Shown here piece after piece: positions 1 to 17,523 of a stretch of DNA of 64,000 nt; position 1 is the first letter of the stretch; the number at the start of each line of letters is the position of its first letter. The notes below the pieces were generated by a model. That model saw nothing but the letters and a program-made list of their open reading frames with translations. It had not been told where the DNA came from and did no database searches. The DNA comes from the human T2T-CHM13v2.0 reference genome, Homo sapiens, in NCBI RefSeq assembly GCF_009914755.1, contig NC_060928.1, one strand, 5' to 3'. Made by a program: the position numbers and the translations under genes.

Positions 1-123
1 GAGGCTGAGGCAGGAGAATCACTTGAACCTGGGAGGCGGAGTTGCAGTGAGCTGAGATTGCACCATTGCACTCCAGCCTGGGCAACAAGAGTGAAACTCC
101 GTCTCAAAAAAAAAAAAAAAAAA
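1..123 (+). mobile_element. Alu right arm and poly(A) tail (AluS, Sq/Sp-like), cut by the window start
   Basis: gaggctgaggcaggagaatcacttgaacc...gggcaacaagagtgaaactccgtctc followed by an A-run. Confidence 0.95.
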
Positions 124-479
124 GAAATGTAATAATGATAGCTCCTACCTATCATTTATTCTTTCATTACCTTGACCATTAGTAGAAAAAACAAGCAAAG
201 GGCTCTCTCAGGAGAGCTGTAAGAGATAACAATAGTTTTCACATTAAGTGGTAGCTCTTGAAGTGAGAAGAGGGCAAATTCTGAATATATATTGACTGTA
301 CAAACAACAAGATGTGTGATGAAATAGATATGTGGCATGAGAGAAAACAGAAAAGTATACATACAGACAGACACAGAGAGACAGAAACAGAGAGAGTGAG
401 AGAGACGGACATATAGAGACATACACAGACATATAGACTAACAGAGTTCGAGAGAGAAAGAGAAAGATCAGGAAATGAA

Positions 480-1000
480 ATAAGAAAGCAATTAACATAT
501 TAACTCTACTGAAGTCATGAGCCCACAAGGGTAGATAGAGGACAGAAACATCCAATGACAAAGACTTACAAGTTAGAACATTAAAAGAGGTGACTGGAAA
601 GGAGCTGCCAGTAAGGCAAAAGGAAAACCAAGTAAACAAAATGTTTTCATCAGGAGAAAGTAATAATATTTGTTAAATATCACTTATAAATCAAGTTAAA
701 TCAAGACTAAAAGTTGTCATTATTCTGGTCAAGATCGAAGTCATTGGTGACCTTGTCAAGAGCATTTCAGAAGAGAAACAAGCAGGATTGTTTGATTACA
801 GGTCTGTTACAGAGAATGGGAGGAAAAAAGAGGAAATCGCGTTTTGAGCAATGCTTATAAAGAGCTTTATTCTAAGAGATTGCAGAACAGGGGTGAAATG
901 ATAGTAGGTACTAGCTGGAGCTTATTTTTAAGGGCAGGGAAGTTTACAGAATGCTTGAATAATACAAACAAGCGAAATGAAGTAGTGAAAGATGAAGAAG
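480..1000 (-). mobile_element. Degraded L2 LINE fragment
   Basis: gtcattggtgaccttgtcaagagcatttcag resembles antisense L2; boundaries approximate. Confidence 0.5.
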
Positions 1001-1099
1001 ACAGAGTAATTGCAGGAGTAAATTTTTAGTGAATGCACACAATATGTAAGATACAGCATCAAGTGATTTACTTGTGTCTTATTTAATGATTAAAACAAA

Positions 1100-1230
1100 C
1101 TCTGAGGTAAATATTGTTATGCTGTTTTACAGATGCGGAAATCACTTAGAGAAGTTTAGACTGCTTGACTAAAGTCACACAGCTGGTAAGAGACAGAGCC
1201 AAAAGTTAAACCCAAGACTGCTTCAAATCT
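1100..1230 (-). mobile_element. MIR
   Basis: ttttacagatgcggaa...aagtcacacagctggtaagagacagagcc matches the antisense MIR core. Confidence 0.75.
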
Positions 1231-1949
1231 CCATGAACTTGACCTAATCATTAGCTATAGGTAATACATTTTGCCAGGCCACTAATGTACAGCCATTAAT
1301 CTTATCTGAACCCAGGCGCATAAAATTATCTGTACAGCCTTCAAAGTACCCAAGAATTTTCTTCAGCACTAAGACAACCTCAAATCATGGTTTTTACAAA
1401 TCTCGGCTACATAGTTTTCCATGGTTGAGCAACAGAAAATATATATACATACGTATATATTTCTATCAAGCTAAATACGTAGTTTACATATAAATCTCAT
1501 GTTCAGTTTTTCAGCAAAAAACAGTAAGTTGCTCAGAAAAAAATATACCATAGACCTAGAGAGAAATTCAGATATTTGCTTTTCAGGGTCCTATTTTATG
1601 AGTGTGTACACCAAGGCAAAGAAACGTTAAATCACTTACCATTGACAGACATGGAATTAGAACCAGAGAAAAAAGGTGAAAACTCATGGAAAAATTAAAA
1701 TAAATACATTTACTTTTCTGTTCTTTTTCAAGATGTTACATACCCTTACTTTGAAATGTGTAGCTAAAGAGATTGCAATTAGACCCTAAATCAAATAAAG
1801 AGGTAAAAAGTTGTAGAACTGAAACTTAGGGAATCTGTAAATTACGGAAGTTTGTTTTGGCTTTTACAAATTAAAAAAATCTTAGCCTACACTCCGATAG
1901 ATCTTTCATTTCTGTAGTAGAATGTGAGGGATTTTGTGTAATACCTGGA

Positions 1950-2130
1950 GATGAGCAGGCCTAGTTCTAAATTTTCAGTGAGTGACTTTGGATATTTTGC
2001 CTCCCTAAGACTCAGTTTCTTCACTTGAGAAACAAGGTTAATGACAGTGCCTACCTCAAAGAGTTGTGAGGATTATATGATATAATTTTGGTGGAGCATA
2101 CTGCCTGGCTCACGCTGTATACTACATCAG
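1950..2130 (+). mobile_element. MIR
   Basis: ctcagtttcttcacttgag...cctacctcaaagagttgtgaggatt matches the MIR core. Confidence 0.7.
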
Positions 2131-2639
2131 GTTCATTATTTTTATTTCCTTTTCTATTTGATATAAATATTTCTTTTTCTTGAAAGCCACTGAAGTTTAA
2201 AATGGATTCCTATCTTCCTTAGTTTGTTTTTAAACTAAAGAGGGTAAAAGTAATATCTGAGTAATGGTTCACAAAGATCAAAAGACATAGATTTTGGCAT
2301 AACAGTATTTTAAATCCATGTCCTTAGAAATAAAGACTCTTAGAAAACATGCTAGATTTATCTTCATGAGATTTGCAGAGTTATTTTAAGAATTCTACAG
2401 CAGTTAAAAAAAAAAAAAGCACATTAAAATAAAAGCCCTACCTCAATGCATTCTCACCACCAAAGATGCTTTTTTATTGTCTTGTTTCAATATTATATAT
2501 TATATATATGTGTGTGTGTGTGCATATATTAAGTACCTTCTCTATTCTAAGCACTATGCTTCAAATAATTACTCCACTCCTAGTCCCACATTAAATTTTA
2601 AAAACCTGAATCCCCAAAAATCTTCATCTGGAATTTTTT

Positions 2640-2800
2640 TCTTTCCTTCTTTTCTTTTCTCTTCCTTTTTTTTTTTTTTCTTTTTGAGACTGGCTCTTGC
2701 TATGTTGCTCCAGCTAGCAAAGAACTCCTGATCTCAAGCAATCCTCCCACCTCAGCTGCTCCAGGACTGGGACTACAAGTGCATGCCAACATGCCTGGCC
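2640..2800 (-). mobile_element. Alu monomer (FLAM-like)
   Basis: T-rich tail, then gagactggctcttgctatgttg...ctcaagcaatcctcccacctcag...atgcctggcc; a single monomer. Confidence 0.85.
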
Positions 2801-3687
2801 TGAAGCACACTCTTAATACTACTTTCCCTATATTTTTAGAGGAGAAAGAATACCTTCAACTGCCAGATATAAAAATATGAGTTTCAAATCCCTGAGAAGA
2901 AAGTATTCCATGACCACATTATTAGAAATCTGGTAGAGGTTATTTAATTTTGTGTTTCATTTAATGAAAAAAATTTAAATTTTCTCTCCTATGTCTCCTT
3001 GAAATTCATCAGGATATCGCAGTTCACAGTGGTATGTTACTAATTACTATCACACAGCCTAAATTGCCAGTATTTCACAAGTGTTGCATCATTATATGCT
3101 TGTACAGCTTACATCCAAATCACTATTAATATTTAACATTGTCTAGTGACTGAAAAATAAAAACAAAGCTAAGCTGATGGGCTATTATTAAAAAAACTAT
3201 AAAAAAAAAACCTTAAGGAAATAAATTTTCAGCCAACTAGCTTCCCTATTTTTTCCTTGACTTAGAAAGTTTTTCTGCTTTGCCTCCTAACACCTGATTC
3301 AGTTGATCTAAATTGTTTTTCTAAAAAATTATGCTTGACATTAATTTACCGTATCTGTTGAGAATTAATTTCTCACATCTTTCTAGGGTTTTGTGTTCCC
3401 AGTAGAGCTTATTTGTCATACAGTCTAAATTATCTCTAATCCAGCCAAAGGAACTCAATTTTCATACCACTTCTCATTCTAGTAATATAGCGTTTGGTCT
3501 GGAAGTGTCTCATTATTCTAATAGGTCTCTGGTTAGAATGTGGTCAATGGCTGTGCTTATTCATGTTTCTGGATTTGTATATGATACATAAACTCAGGGG
3601 TCTACAGGAAAAAAGTACTGTTTCCACACTGCAGTACTAATCCCAGCAGAGGTTTTAAGAATTTATTTATGAAAAGTCTTCTCAGAT

Positions 3688-3757
3688 AACCTCCTATTCT
3701 GCCATCTGGTTTACCAAAATCAAACCTCCTATTCTGCCATCTGGTTTACCATAATCA
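3688..3757 (+). repeat. 35-bp tandem duplication, 2 copies, 1 mismatch
   Basis: aacctcctattctgccatctggtttacca(a/t)aatca occurs twice back to back. Confidence 0.95.
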
Positions 3758-5039
3758 ATCTGCTATCTGGCTTCATATAGTTATTTCATGACCTAAATAT
3801 AAAGAAGAGAAAATTGTCTCTTTGCTATATGAAATTCAGTCTAAGGAATTAAAATTAGCAATGTTACAGTTTTTAATCCTCTTCGTTTCAATAGTCCTTG
3901 TAGGCTGAGAATATAGATTTCTATATTCCAGATTATTTAGGGAGGTTTATTATTAATAAACATACTTTGTTAATATCACCCCTACCTTTTCTGTGCCTTA
4001 TTTTAAATGTGAAGCCCTAATCCAATAGATATTGTGGCTATGTTTAACCCTTGCCATGTTACTGAGCATAGCAGTGTCATATTGGAATGCAAAGGGTTTC
4101 AGCACTCTTCTGCTTTAAGGCCAGCTCAATATCACATATGAAAAAACAAACAAGAAACTGTCTTCTCAGGACAGCTTTACACAGATGCACTGATAGCTAT
4201 TCTGTAAGTTATTGGGTGCTGAATGTGTGAACTGAAGGAGAATACTGAGCTCCAAACATTGAATATCCTGATTTTTATTCACTAATTTCCATTCACTTCA
4301 GAAAGTGTTCACTGAAAAATCTATGAGGTCTAGCTGTCTTGAGACACTAAGAAGAATAAAAATGTGTGAAACATGACCAGAGTTTTTGAAAACTTGGCAA
4401 AAGACAAACCATATTGCCAGTGAAGGAAATATTACCACAAAATGATGAACGTAAAAAGACCATGTGCAGTAGAAGGTAACAAGGGAAGATGGTAGATAAA
4501 GGTCCTGCTGGAGATTAGTGTGACATACAATGGATTAAGTAAAGTGGGCCAGACTGTAAAGGCCTTTTAAATGAGTGAGGCAAGACAACTTGTTAGGATA
4601 TAAAAGCATATGTTATTTACACTATTGTGAGCAGTGTTTTTGTTGTTGTTGTTGTTTTGCCAATGAATATCAACAAAAGAAAGCCACACTTTTGTGTAAT
4701 AAAAATTATGGCAACCACCATTGTGTAAGGCTCTACCACCTTAGCTCCTCTTACTCCAACTTCTGGCACCAAAGAAAAACTTGGATTGTTTATTAATCCA
4801 GTAGGTGAGGAAGGGAGGTCTCAGTGATGGTGAATATTTAATATTTCACCAGCGACAAGTGTGAGCTCGGAGCAGAACACAGACTTACTGGAATGTAATA
4901 ATTCTGCTGTTTGATTGCTATGAAGCAAATTTCATATCCAATAGACAAGATGAAATTTGTTTCTTGAGTAAACTTCACTCTCATTTTGGGAGTTATTCAA
5001 ACAATAATTCAGTAATGTAATCAAATACAATATTTACAC

Positions 5040-5480
5040 AAAACAATAATTTTCCAACCCCTAGCAATAATTAACTTTTAAATATAATAGAAAAAATTTT
5101 TAGTCACAATTTCAACAAAACTATTAAAAATCAATTCCAAAAAATCTACAAGAAGAAACTATATACTTTAAAATGCTGAACTATATAAAGAACAGAATAG
5201 ACACCACAAAAGTAAATTTAAATACATCTTTTCCTCCAATTAGTTTACTTCTAAGCATCTATCATCCAAATAGATTGCAGCTATGATTTCAATAGCAAAA
5301 AACTGGAAACATAAATGTGTATCACTAAGAAAATGGTGAATTGTATAGTAAATTCATATTAGAGAATGTAAGAAAGTGTTTTTTAAATCTCCAAGATACA
5401 TTATTGCATTAAAATAATTGTAGAATAATATGTATATTATATAATACTATTTGTGTTAAAAATAAATCAGCATCATGCAA
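5040..5480 (+). mobile_element. Old L1M fragment
   Basis: gcagctatgatttcaatagcaaaaaactggaaacataaatgtgtatca resembles the L1 ORF2 end/3'UTR; boundaries approximate. Confidence 0.5.
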
Positions 5481-5485
5481 AAACT

Positions 5486-5515
5486 GTCTGTGTGTGTGTT
5501 TGTGTGTGTGTGTGT
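5486..5515. repeat. (TG)n microsatellite
   Basis: Direct reading. Confidence 0.9.
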
Positions 5516-5707
5516 ACTCTGGTGAGAAAAATTAAAGAAAACCAAAGTAAATAGGTTTCTACGGATCCAAGTAAAACTAGAGCAGCCTATTTGGCCTTTA
5601 GGTGATCAAGAAACAAATTGCAGTTTTCTTTAAGTTAATGCTATGCAGAATTTTCTGTCACTTTCAGACAAACTAAAATGACCCATAGAATGGGTTTATT
5701 GGAATGA

Positions 5708-6129
<422 letters not shown>

Positions 6130-7646
6130 TTACCAAAACCTTTCCAATGCCCTTAGGTTGGAAAATTGCCTCAGCCCCAGTATCTGTGACTCATAATTTG
6201 CAAAGCCTTTCAAAGAGATAGTCTCCTTCTGTTAATCTTCTAAGTACCAGAATGGATGCTAAAACTAGTTTCTTCATTTTAGCCTTTTATATTGTATCAC
6301 AGCATGATCTCTGATGAAGGATTTTTGAATTTGCATTCACTAATGTTCTCAGCATGAAATTGGAGAGGATATTTTTGTCTTGTTTGTGTCAGATTCAATT
6401 CTTCCTAAACTAGTACACATAAGATGCACACTTTTTCCAGGATCACTTTTAGGTATTATTTTATGGAAAAACAGGTATGTGGATTTAAAAAAAAAATCCA
6501 GGTCATCTATCAATCACCATGCTACACCAAAATCATTTTTTTGGTTATAGTTTTGGGGCTCATTCCAAGAAGGATGGGCATGATTGGACCAATTTTCAGG
6601 GATATACAGTGCATTTTTGAATATATATTATATATTTCTTCAAATAAAATAAGCATATGTTTTGATTAAGCGTAGTTTAAGACTAGTGATTGCTGACACT
6701 ACAGAAAAATCAGGAAATTATGTAAACAAGTTGGGAATTTCAATTGGTAGTTTAGTTCCAAGGCTGATTCTTTTGTTAAAAACACAAGAAAGTTAACAGG
6801 AAAGTGTGTTTGTTCCAGTACCAACCACTGGGCAACAAAACTTAAGTACTAACCCTGATACTTTCAGTTGGGTTTTCTTACAGATACTCTAGTAGGAGTT
6901 TCTGGATTATCATTTTCAAGTTCATGAAAATTTTCTGTATTGGAGGTGAAAGATTTCCTGGATGGTGATAGTTTGTCATGTCCAACCATTAAGCATCAAG
7001 ACATGCAAATAATAAATGAGCCAGATTAGTCTCAAGAATTTCTCTTTATGTAAAATAATTTAGTTAATTAATAGATAAAGATTTGGTGATCTCCAGATCA
7101 TCTGGGACATAATTTAGTCTTTTTCTTCTGTCATATGCTGATGACATTTCCCGCATAATCCCAGGCTGATCATACCAAAGGGTGAAAGTAGGCAGTTTAC
7201 ACTTACTTTGAGTACCCTAGAAAATGATCATATTTGGGTCTTTGAAAATCCCAATTTCCAAAAACTGGCTCCCCCTTGAGTTCTAATGAGGAATCAACCC
7301 CCTTGAAACTCCTTCACCATGAAAATTCCAATTTAAATATCACATTTTATATAACCCTAGCTAAAGTAATGGATCAAATAATAAGAATCTGATCAACAGT
7401 GGAAAATTCCAGAATCTCACCTTCCTGGTCACAATGACTGGTATGGGGGTGTGCATGTGCAACATGCTTGGCCAGTCAGGAACCCCTCACTGAAACCTTT
7501 AGAATACAAAATAAGTAGAATAAAGAGAGGCAAAGTGATAATAGGCAAACTTGAAGTTACCAATGCCATTTTGCCTGCAATGTGGAAACAGTCATTCAAG
7601 TCTCTGGTTCCAGTAGGTTCCTAGAATTGCTTCTGTATGACCTCAA

Positions 7647-8080
7647 TGTTTTAGTTAGTGTATAGGCTAAACTGCTATAACAAAGAAGAACAAAAATGCC
7701 ATTGCTCAAACCAGATAGTAGTTTATTTCTTTCTAATGAAATAACCTAGCTGTAGGCAAGCAATGGGGAGGGGAAAGAAGATTCTCTTTTGCAAGTTACA
7801 CATAAAACAATATTTCCTCTATCATTTGCTCTACATCCCCTGGAAAAATGCCCTTGTTTGAGGGGTAAAATCTGCTGCATAACATATTGTCTCCATAATA
7901 GAATTTAGCCAAATATCTGCAGCTAGGCAAGGAGGAAAGGTGAGGAGGAAAGGTGGGGTGATGGCTGAGAAATATAGCCTCCAACTGGACATGTCTATGT
8001 ATACAGTTTAAAATGGGGTTGTTTTAACAGAAGAAAAAGAGAATAAATATTTGCAACATTTGTCAGTTTCAACCTGACAG
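7647..8080 (-). mobile_element. Old MaLR LTR (MLT1 family)
   Basis: ttagttagtgtataggctaaactgctataacaaa...gtttatttct resembles an antisense MLT1 3' end. Confidence 0.45.
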
Positions 8081-8162
8081 AACATATTTCTTTGATTCTT
8101 TCTTGAATTCTGCAAGCTACCCCAATTTTTTGCCTAAGCTACTTTGAGTAGCTTTCTGCAAT

Positions 8163-8240
8163 TTGCTAATCCAGAGAGGTAATGGTACTGTGAGTCACTT
8201 GGATTTTTAACAAAAAAAAATCTATTTCCAGAATTAAAAA
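8163..8240 (+). repeat. Dispersed direct repeat, copy 1 (copy 2 at 9223-9298)
   Basis: ttgctaatccagagaggt(a/g)atggtactgtgagtcacttggattttt...tctatttccaga. Confidence 0.9.
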
Positions 8241-9222
8241 TATCCATGAAATTTTGAAACTTCAACTGCCCCAGGCCTTGGCAAAAATTAGGCATTTAGT
8301 TAAAGAATACTGAACAGTTCAAAATCCAGATTTGAAAGATTTAACATGAAGTTCTAGAGTGATTAACTTTTCCTGCTTTCCCTGGGAATTTCTTGATCTT
8401 ATCACTAAAAGTCCTGTGTTTCAGGAAGTCCTCTCATTCCAGGAAAACTGGGATGGTTAGTAATCCGAAACTATAACCCTATATTTGGGCTCTTAGTTGC
8501 TGTTTTCATCCCAGTTCCATTGGCCAGCCTTCACCCTGATGACCTCATTACTTTCAGGTTCTCTAATAATCTTCAAATTAAGTAATCTCAAAATTTCTCT
8601 CACACATTCTCATGAGTATAATGATCTTATAAAATCCCAGGCCCCTGGTTGTAACTGCATTCTGGTTCTCGGTGGTAAAAATTCAGTCATCCCATTTGAA
8701 ATACACACTAGGAAAATATCTTCTGGACTTGACTTCCAAGAATCTACCACAATCACTGGCATATAAGTATGCCAGAAACAAAATAACAGTTTTATAAATA
8801 AATGAGTCAGTCTTCACAGGTTTCCTCTTCCTATACTCCCAATCCCCTTGGTTTATACCCCTGCTTAGATCTCTTCCCTCCACGTTTGGGTGAGTGTCCT
8901 AATGGTTAGGGTCCTGCTAGCCTGTTGTTACTTGGTCATACAAAGTATCTCTTTGCTTGAGCTACCATTCATCGTATTTAGTATGCTTAGTCTCCAGATG
9001 ACTGTATCACCACTGTGGGTGTGACTAATGTGAAATCCCACTAAGTTATTCTCTGGACAATTTATCTATCGTTAAAATTCATTGCAAATGTTTTTGGTAC
9101 TTGTAGACTAAATAGCTTGATTCTTTCAAGGAGCTAGGCAATGGATATTTTCTATCATAAACAAGGTTTAACACTCTTTATTTCCTCACAATTCAGCCTT
9201 GTTTTTCCTCACAATTTGAGAA

Positions 9223-9298
9223 TTGCTAATCCAGAGAGGTGATGGTACTGTGAGTCACTTGGATTTTTGACAAAAAAATTCTATTTCCAGATTAAAAA
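9223..9298 (+). repeat. Dispersed direct repeat, copy 2 (copy 1 at 8163-8240)
   Basis: Same ~76-bp sequence 1060 bp downstream with a few differences. Confidence 0.9.
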
Positions 9299-9614
9299 AG
9301 AAAAGAAAAAATTTTTCCAGAATAAAATAAAAAGATTTAGGCAAATTGTGAGAAAGACTTTTCTCACAGTTTACCTAAATCTACTAGCTTACTCCAAAAT
9401 TTCCTTGAAATCTTCAGTGAGCCAAGTACATAGGTTTCAAGTGAATCCTTTTAATTACTGCTGGGCTCACTAAAGAATATTTCCACCTTCACGAACAGGC
9501 CACACCAGCATTTCCAATACTACCTGGCACCATCACACCTTCACCTCTGCATTTCAGCCACACAGCTGCTTTCTGTCTCCCATATGGCCAATGCTCCCCT
9601 AGCTCTAGGGCTTT

Positions 9615-12906
<3,292 letters not shown>

Positions 12907-12929
12907 TATGTTCATCTTCTTCTTTTTGC

Positions 12930-13690
12930 CTATGGTAACCTCTCCTTTCTTTTTTACCTGGCTAACTTTCACTCATTCTTTACGTTTCAGATTTAAACCC
13001 TCCTTCACTAGAGAATTTTCATGATATCTCCATCCCTTACCTGGGATATATATTCTTCTTATGCACCCTCATATTACCTTGTATTTTACCTATTGGAGTG
13101 TCCATTATTTTTGCATGTTAAGTTGTCTTTATTCTATGCTGAGCTATAAATGCTGTAATAGAAATCAGTATATCTATCTCGATCTAAATCAAATGCATAA
13201 TGCTAACATATTGCCTGGCATAACAGATTTGTATTGGGAGTAGGAAGAGAAAGAGGGATGCATGGAGGAAAGGAAGGATGGATGAGTGATCTGAATGTGC
13301 CTCTTCATACCATGGACTAAGTTGACGGTGCTCACAAGACCTGATCTGCTTTTGTTTCTTGACCTCTCAAATCTTTTTCTTCCTTTGGCTGGTTGTACTT
13401 TTCCCCCTTTTAATAAGACTAGTGCATCTTTTACTTCAAGGCTTAGAGAAAATATATACTGCAGCAGAATATTGTTTCTGCCCACCTATCTCAAGTGACC
13501 TCCCCTAGTTGTACTCTGTATCATCACACATTTTAATTCTGTTATAGAAAAATCACAATTAATAGCCATTTTCCTTGTGTATTACATGCTTATCGTTTGT
13601 CAGTTCCCTTAGCATGTAAGCTGCATGAAGGCAAGGACTTTGTATATTCAGCACTGAATCTGCTGTTCCTAAATGAGTACCTGGCACATA
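12930..13690 (+). mobile_element. L2 3'-end fragments
   Basis: tgtaagctgcatgaaggcaaggactttg...gtacctggcacata and tgcctggcataac are typical L2 3' ends. Confidence 0.6.
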
Positions 13691-14339
13691 ATATTCTCCC
13701 TCTCTCTTTCTCTTTCACTTAAGTAAATAAATATATTTATTACATTAAAATGTATTATTTTTACCCTGTAAAATTTTTTCTTTATGTTTATACAGAATTG
13801 TACTTCTTATAAACCCAAAATTTAATTACATTAAGTTACATTTCCTATCAACATAGAAAGAAATTGACATATTTCCTGAATATATGTATAATAAATTTTA
13901 AAATATATCAATTAAAAATGTATTAATAATGTTAATGTGTTGTGAATATGCTCTTATTAGAATTTCCAACTATGTGTCTAGAGCTTTGAAATCCTATGAT
14001 AGGTATAATAGTATTTAAAGCGAAAACTAATAGCAGAATTAAAGCAATAAAAACCAAAAGAGCATTAAAAGTCTTGATTGAAGATTGAAATTAGATAGAA
14101 AACTAAAAAATAGTGAAGAAAATGTTTGCTCACAATACTGAAAGGAATTTTGTAAGCTTTAGTTTATCATGAATAAAAATAACTGGATAACTGGATATTT
14201 TCTATAGTATTGTAGAAAAAGGACTAAATTCCCTTGACGACCTTGAAGCACTACGGGATAAAAAAAATTATATTCAGTATTCTTTTAGTAGTCTAATTTT
14301 TTGAAACATTGTAAACCATTCGTAGCTTGTCTCACTTTC

Positions 14340-14720
14340 TATGCTTTATGCTGTAAGTTGTAGAAAACATCCCCCAAGTTTTTATAGATAAGAAAATATA
14401 TTATTTCATAACAAGAATAACAAAGCAACAAAATTCCAGAGTGCTTAATTTAGGAGTTTAGCATCTTCTTGTCTATTTTGCCACCTTCTTTGCATCAGCT
14501 TATTCTTTGGGATTGGCTCTTTGCATACTCTAAAGATGGCTGCCACAGTTTTAGGGATCACATGAAGATAACATTCTTCAGGGCAAAAAAGATAGTATTC
14601 CCCCTCATGCATGACTATGTAACATCACGAACAGCCTTTGGTAGAAACCTTCAAACATATTTCCCGACTTATCTTGTTGGTCAGAATAATGTCACGTGGA
14701 ATTACTAAGGTTGCCTTTAT
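14340..14720 (-). mobile_element. Old MLT1-family LTR fragment
   Basis: aagatggctgccacag and ttggtcagaataatgtcacgtgg motifs; boundaries approximate. Confidence 0.4.
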
Positions 14721-15616
14721 CAATCAGGATTTACACACCACAGCAAAATTAAGCTTGTTCCATTGCTTTATGCATCAAGCCAGTTTGTCTTCCTGATTTT
14801 TAGCTTTTATTTCTCGTGGCATCTTAATTATAATACCTCAAGTCTGAAACGTACATAGCCATAATTTCATTCTCCTCAGAAAACATTCTTTTGTGAAGTT
14901 CTCCTTCTCACAGGTATCCTTTTAAGTGCATGGCCCTTGATGGCCTTATCGGGACCACATGATTCTACCCTATTAGGCACAGGGGATTAGACCAAGAGTG
15001 GACACATAAAACAATAGGAATTTATTTATATTGTTTAGCCACTCAGATTTTTCCATAATTTTCCACAAAAATGTGAACTACATGTCCCAAAGCTTGAATG
15101 AGTCTGGTGATTTGAGATGCTGAAGTCATAAATTTTTGTGGATCTGAGGCCAAAATTGGTACTGGGGCAAGCCAGAGTCATGGAAGTCAGATTTACAGAA
15201 AATCAGAAGGGTAATCATGGAAAAAAAAATCCTAGCCTACAAATATAAAATCAAACAGATGGAATTAGAAAGTACATTATGGCCAAGAGAAAAGTAGACA
15301 GCGACAGAGACAGAGAGAGAGACAGAGAAACAAAGAAACTTGCACATCGACTTTTTGCGGTTGCAGTAACACATAGTTGCATTTCCAATGGTGGGCTACA
15401 TGAGATGCCTCTGTAACCTGATTATCAACACTCTTCTTTCTGGAAACTTGTTGAATGTTCTGTTTATTAAAACTAAATGATCTATGTCCTAGAAATCGGT
15501 CTTTCTGTTTTTGCCCTTTAATAATCCAACCACGAGTATCAAGCTGAGGTTCTGAGCACCTAAATTTAGTGTTGCTTATAAACATCATACTGCTGTCCTT
15601 TATCTTTAGAGATTAG

Positions 15617-15992
<376 letters not shown>

Positions 15993-17074
15993 CACTCCTT
16001 GCATTTTATAAATGAGTGAACTGAGACCCATATAACTGAAGTGACGCAATGTCAGTGAAAGATGACAATGTCACAGATAAAACATTTTGATCCTTTAGAT
16101 TTCTAGCCTAGAATTGTTTTACTCTACCAACCCTGTGATTATGTATATTTGAATTTTTCTGTAAAGCTAAAGTATGCAGGACAATCTCTTCTTTGCCATT
16201 CTTTGGCCATTTGCAGGAGCGTGGAGCATGTGGTCACACACCTGCTGTTTGTGATGCAATGCCTGTGTCTGAGTCAGCTCAGTGAGTCGGAATCTCCCAG
16301 AGAGCTGTCATCCTATTTGTGATGCTTATGGCTACCACTTACAAGCCTACTCTGCTTTATTTTGTGCTGTTTTTGAAGTATGTTTCTGTTTGTTCTATTC
16401 TGCTTTGTTTCCTGTGTAGTTGATGGTTCTACCCCAGCTCAGAGCTTCTGCTTCAGTACGCACCATTGTCCTCCCTGTCCTCCCAGTGACCAGCCTGGGG
16501 AAGATGAAACATATCAGTTCATCTGATCTTATCTTTTATGTTCCTACAATCAGTTAGCAGTGCTGGACTTTGTTATTTCAGATCATTTGTTGAGATTTGT
16601 GTTTTGTAAATCGTGACTGCAGTGTCTAAGTATCTTTAGGTAATACCATTGGTACCATAATGCCAAAGGAATGCCTATTAAATTCTCTTGTTTTTCTTTC
16701 TATTCATCTTTTCCCACCAAATACATGCATACACATGCATGAACATAAGCACACATCTGCACAAATGTGAATATACACACACACTCTTCCTCATGCAAAA
16801 TCTGTACCAAATGTATTTTGAATCAGCAGCCACCTAAAATATCTACTCCCACCTTCAAGTTTAAGGGAGAAAATGATTCCGTGGTGAAAAAATGTTTGAA
16901 AGGGCACAAATTTAATAGCTTAGGATAAATCTTTTGTGAGTTATACATACACACCACACTATACCACACACACACAGCCATTGTACTTTATGTTATAGGA
17001 GAAAATATGTTATGCCCTTGATTTTACATTATAGAATAAAACCCAATAAAATTTTAAGTAATACAGAAATGTCA

Positions 17075-17523
17075 TGTGAACCCCAAAAATCTGAGACAAG
17101 TCTCAGTTAATTAAGAAAGTTTATTTTGCCAAGGTTGAGGACACACAGTCATGACACAGCCTCAGGAAGTCCTGATGACATGTGCCCAAGGTATTTGGGG
17201 CACAGCTTGGTTTTATACATTTTAGGGAGACATGAGACATCAATCAATCAATACATGTTAAGAAGTACATTGATTCCAGAAAGACAGCGACAACTCGAAA
17301 CAGGGAGGGAGCTTCCAGGTCACAGGTAGGTGAGAGACAAATGGTTTCATTATTTTGCTTTTCTGATAAGCTTTTCCACAGGAGGCAATCAGATGTGTAT
17401 CTATCTCACTGAGCAGAGCGATGACTGTGAATAGAATGGGAGGCAGGTTTGCCCTGAGCAGTTCCCAACTTGACTTTTTCCTTTAGCTGAGTAATGTTGG
17501 GGCCCCAAGATTTTCCTTTCACA
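17075..17523 (-). mobile_element. ERV1 solo LTR, MER4A-like
   Basis: TG...CA ends; minus strand begins tgtgaaaggaaaatcttggggcccc; 4-bp TSD gtca/gtta; homologous to 39168-39639. Confidence 0.85.

Noticed and set aside
156-639. ORFs of 88 and 131 aa on the minus strand
   Set aside because: They arise from GA/CA low-complexity and L2 sequence, with no protein-like features.
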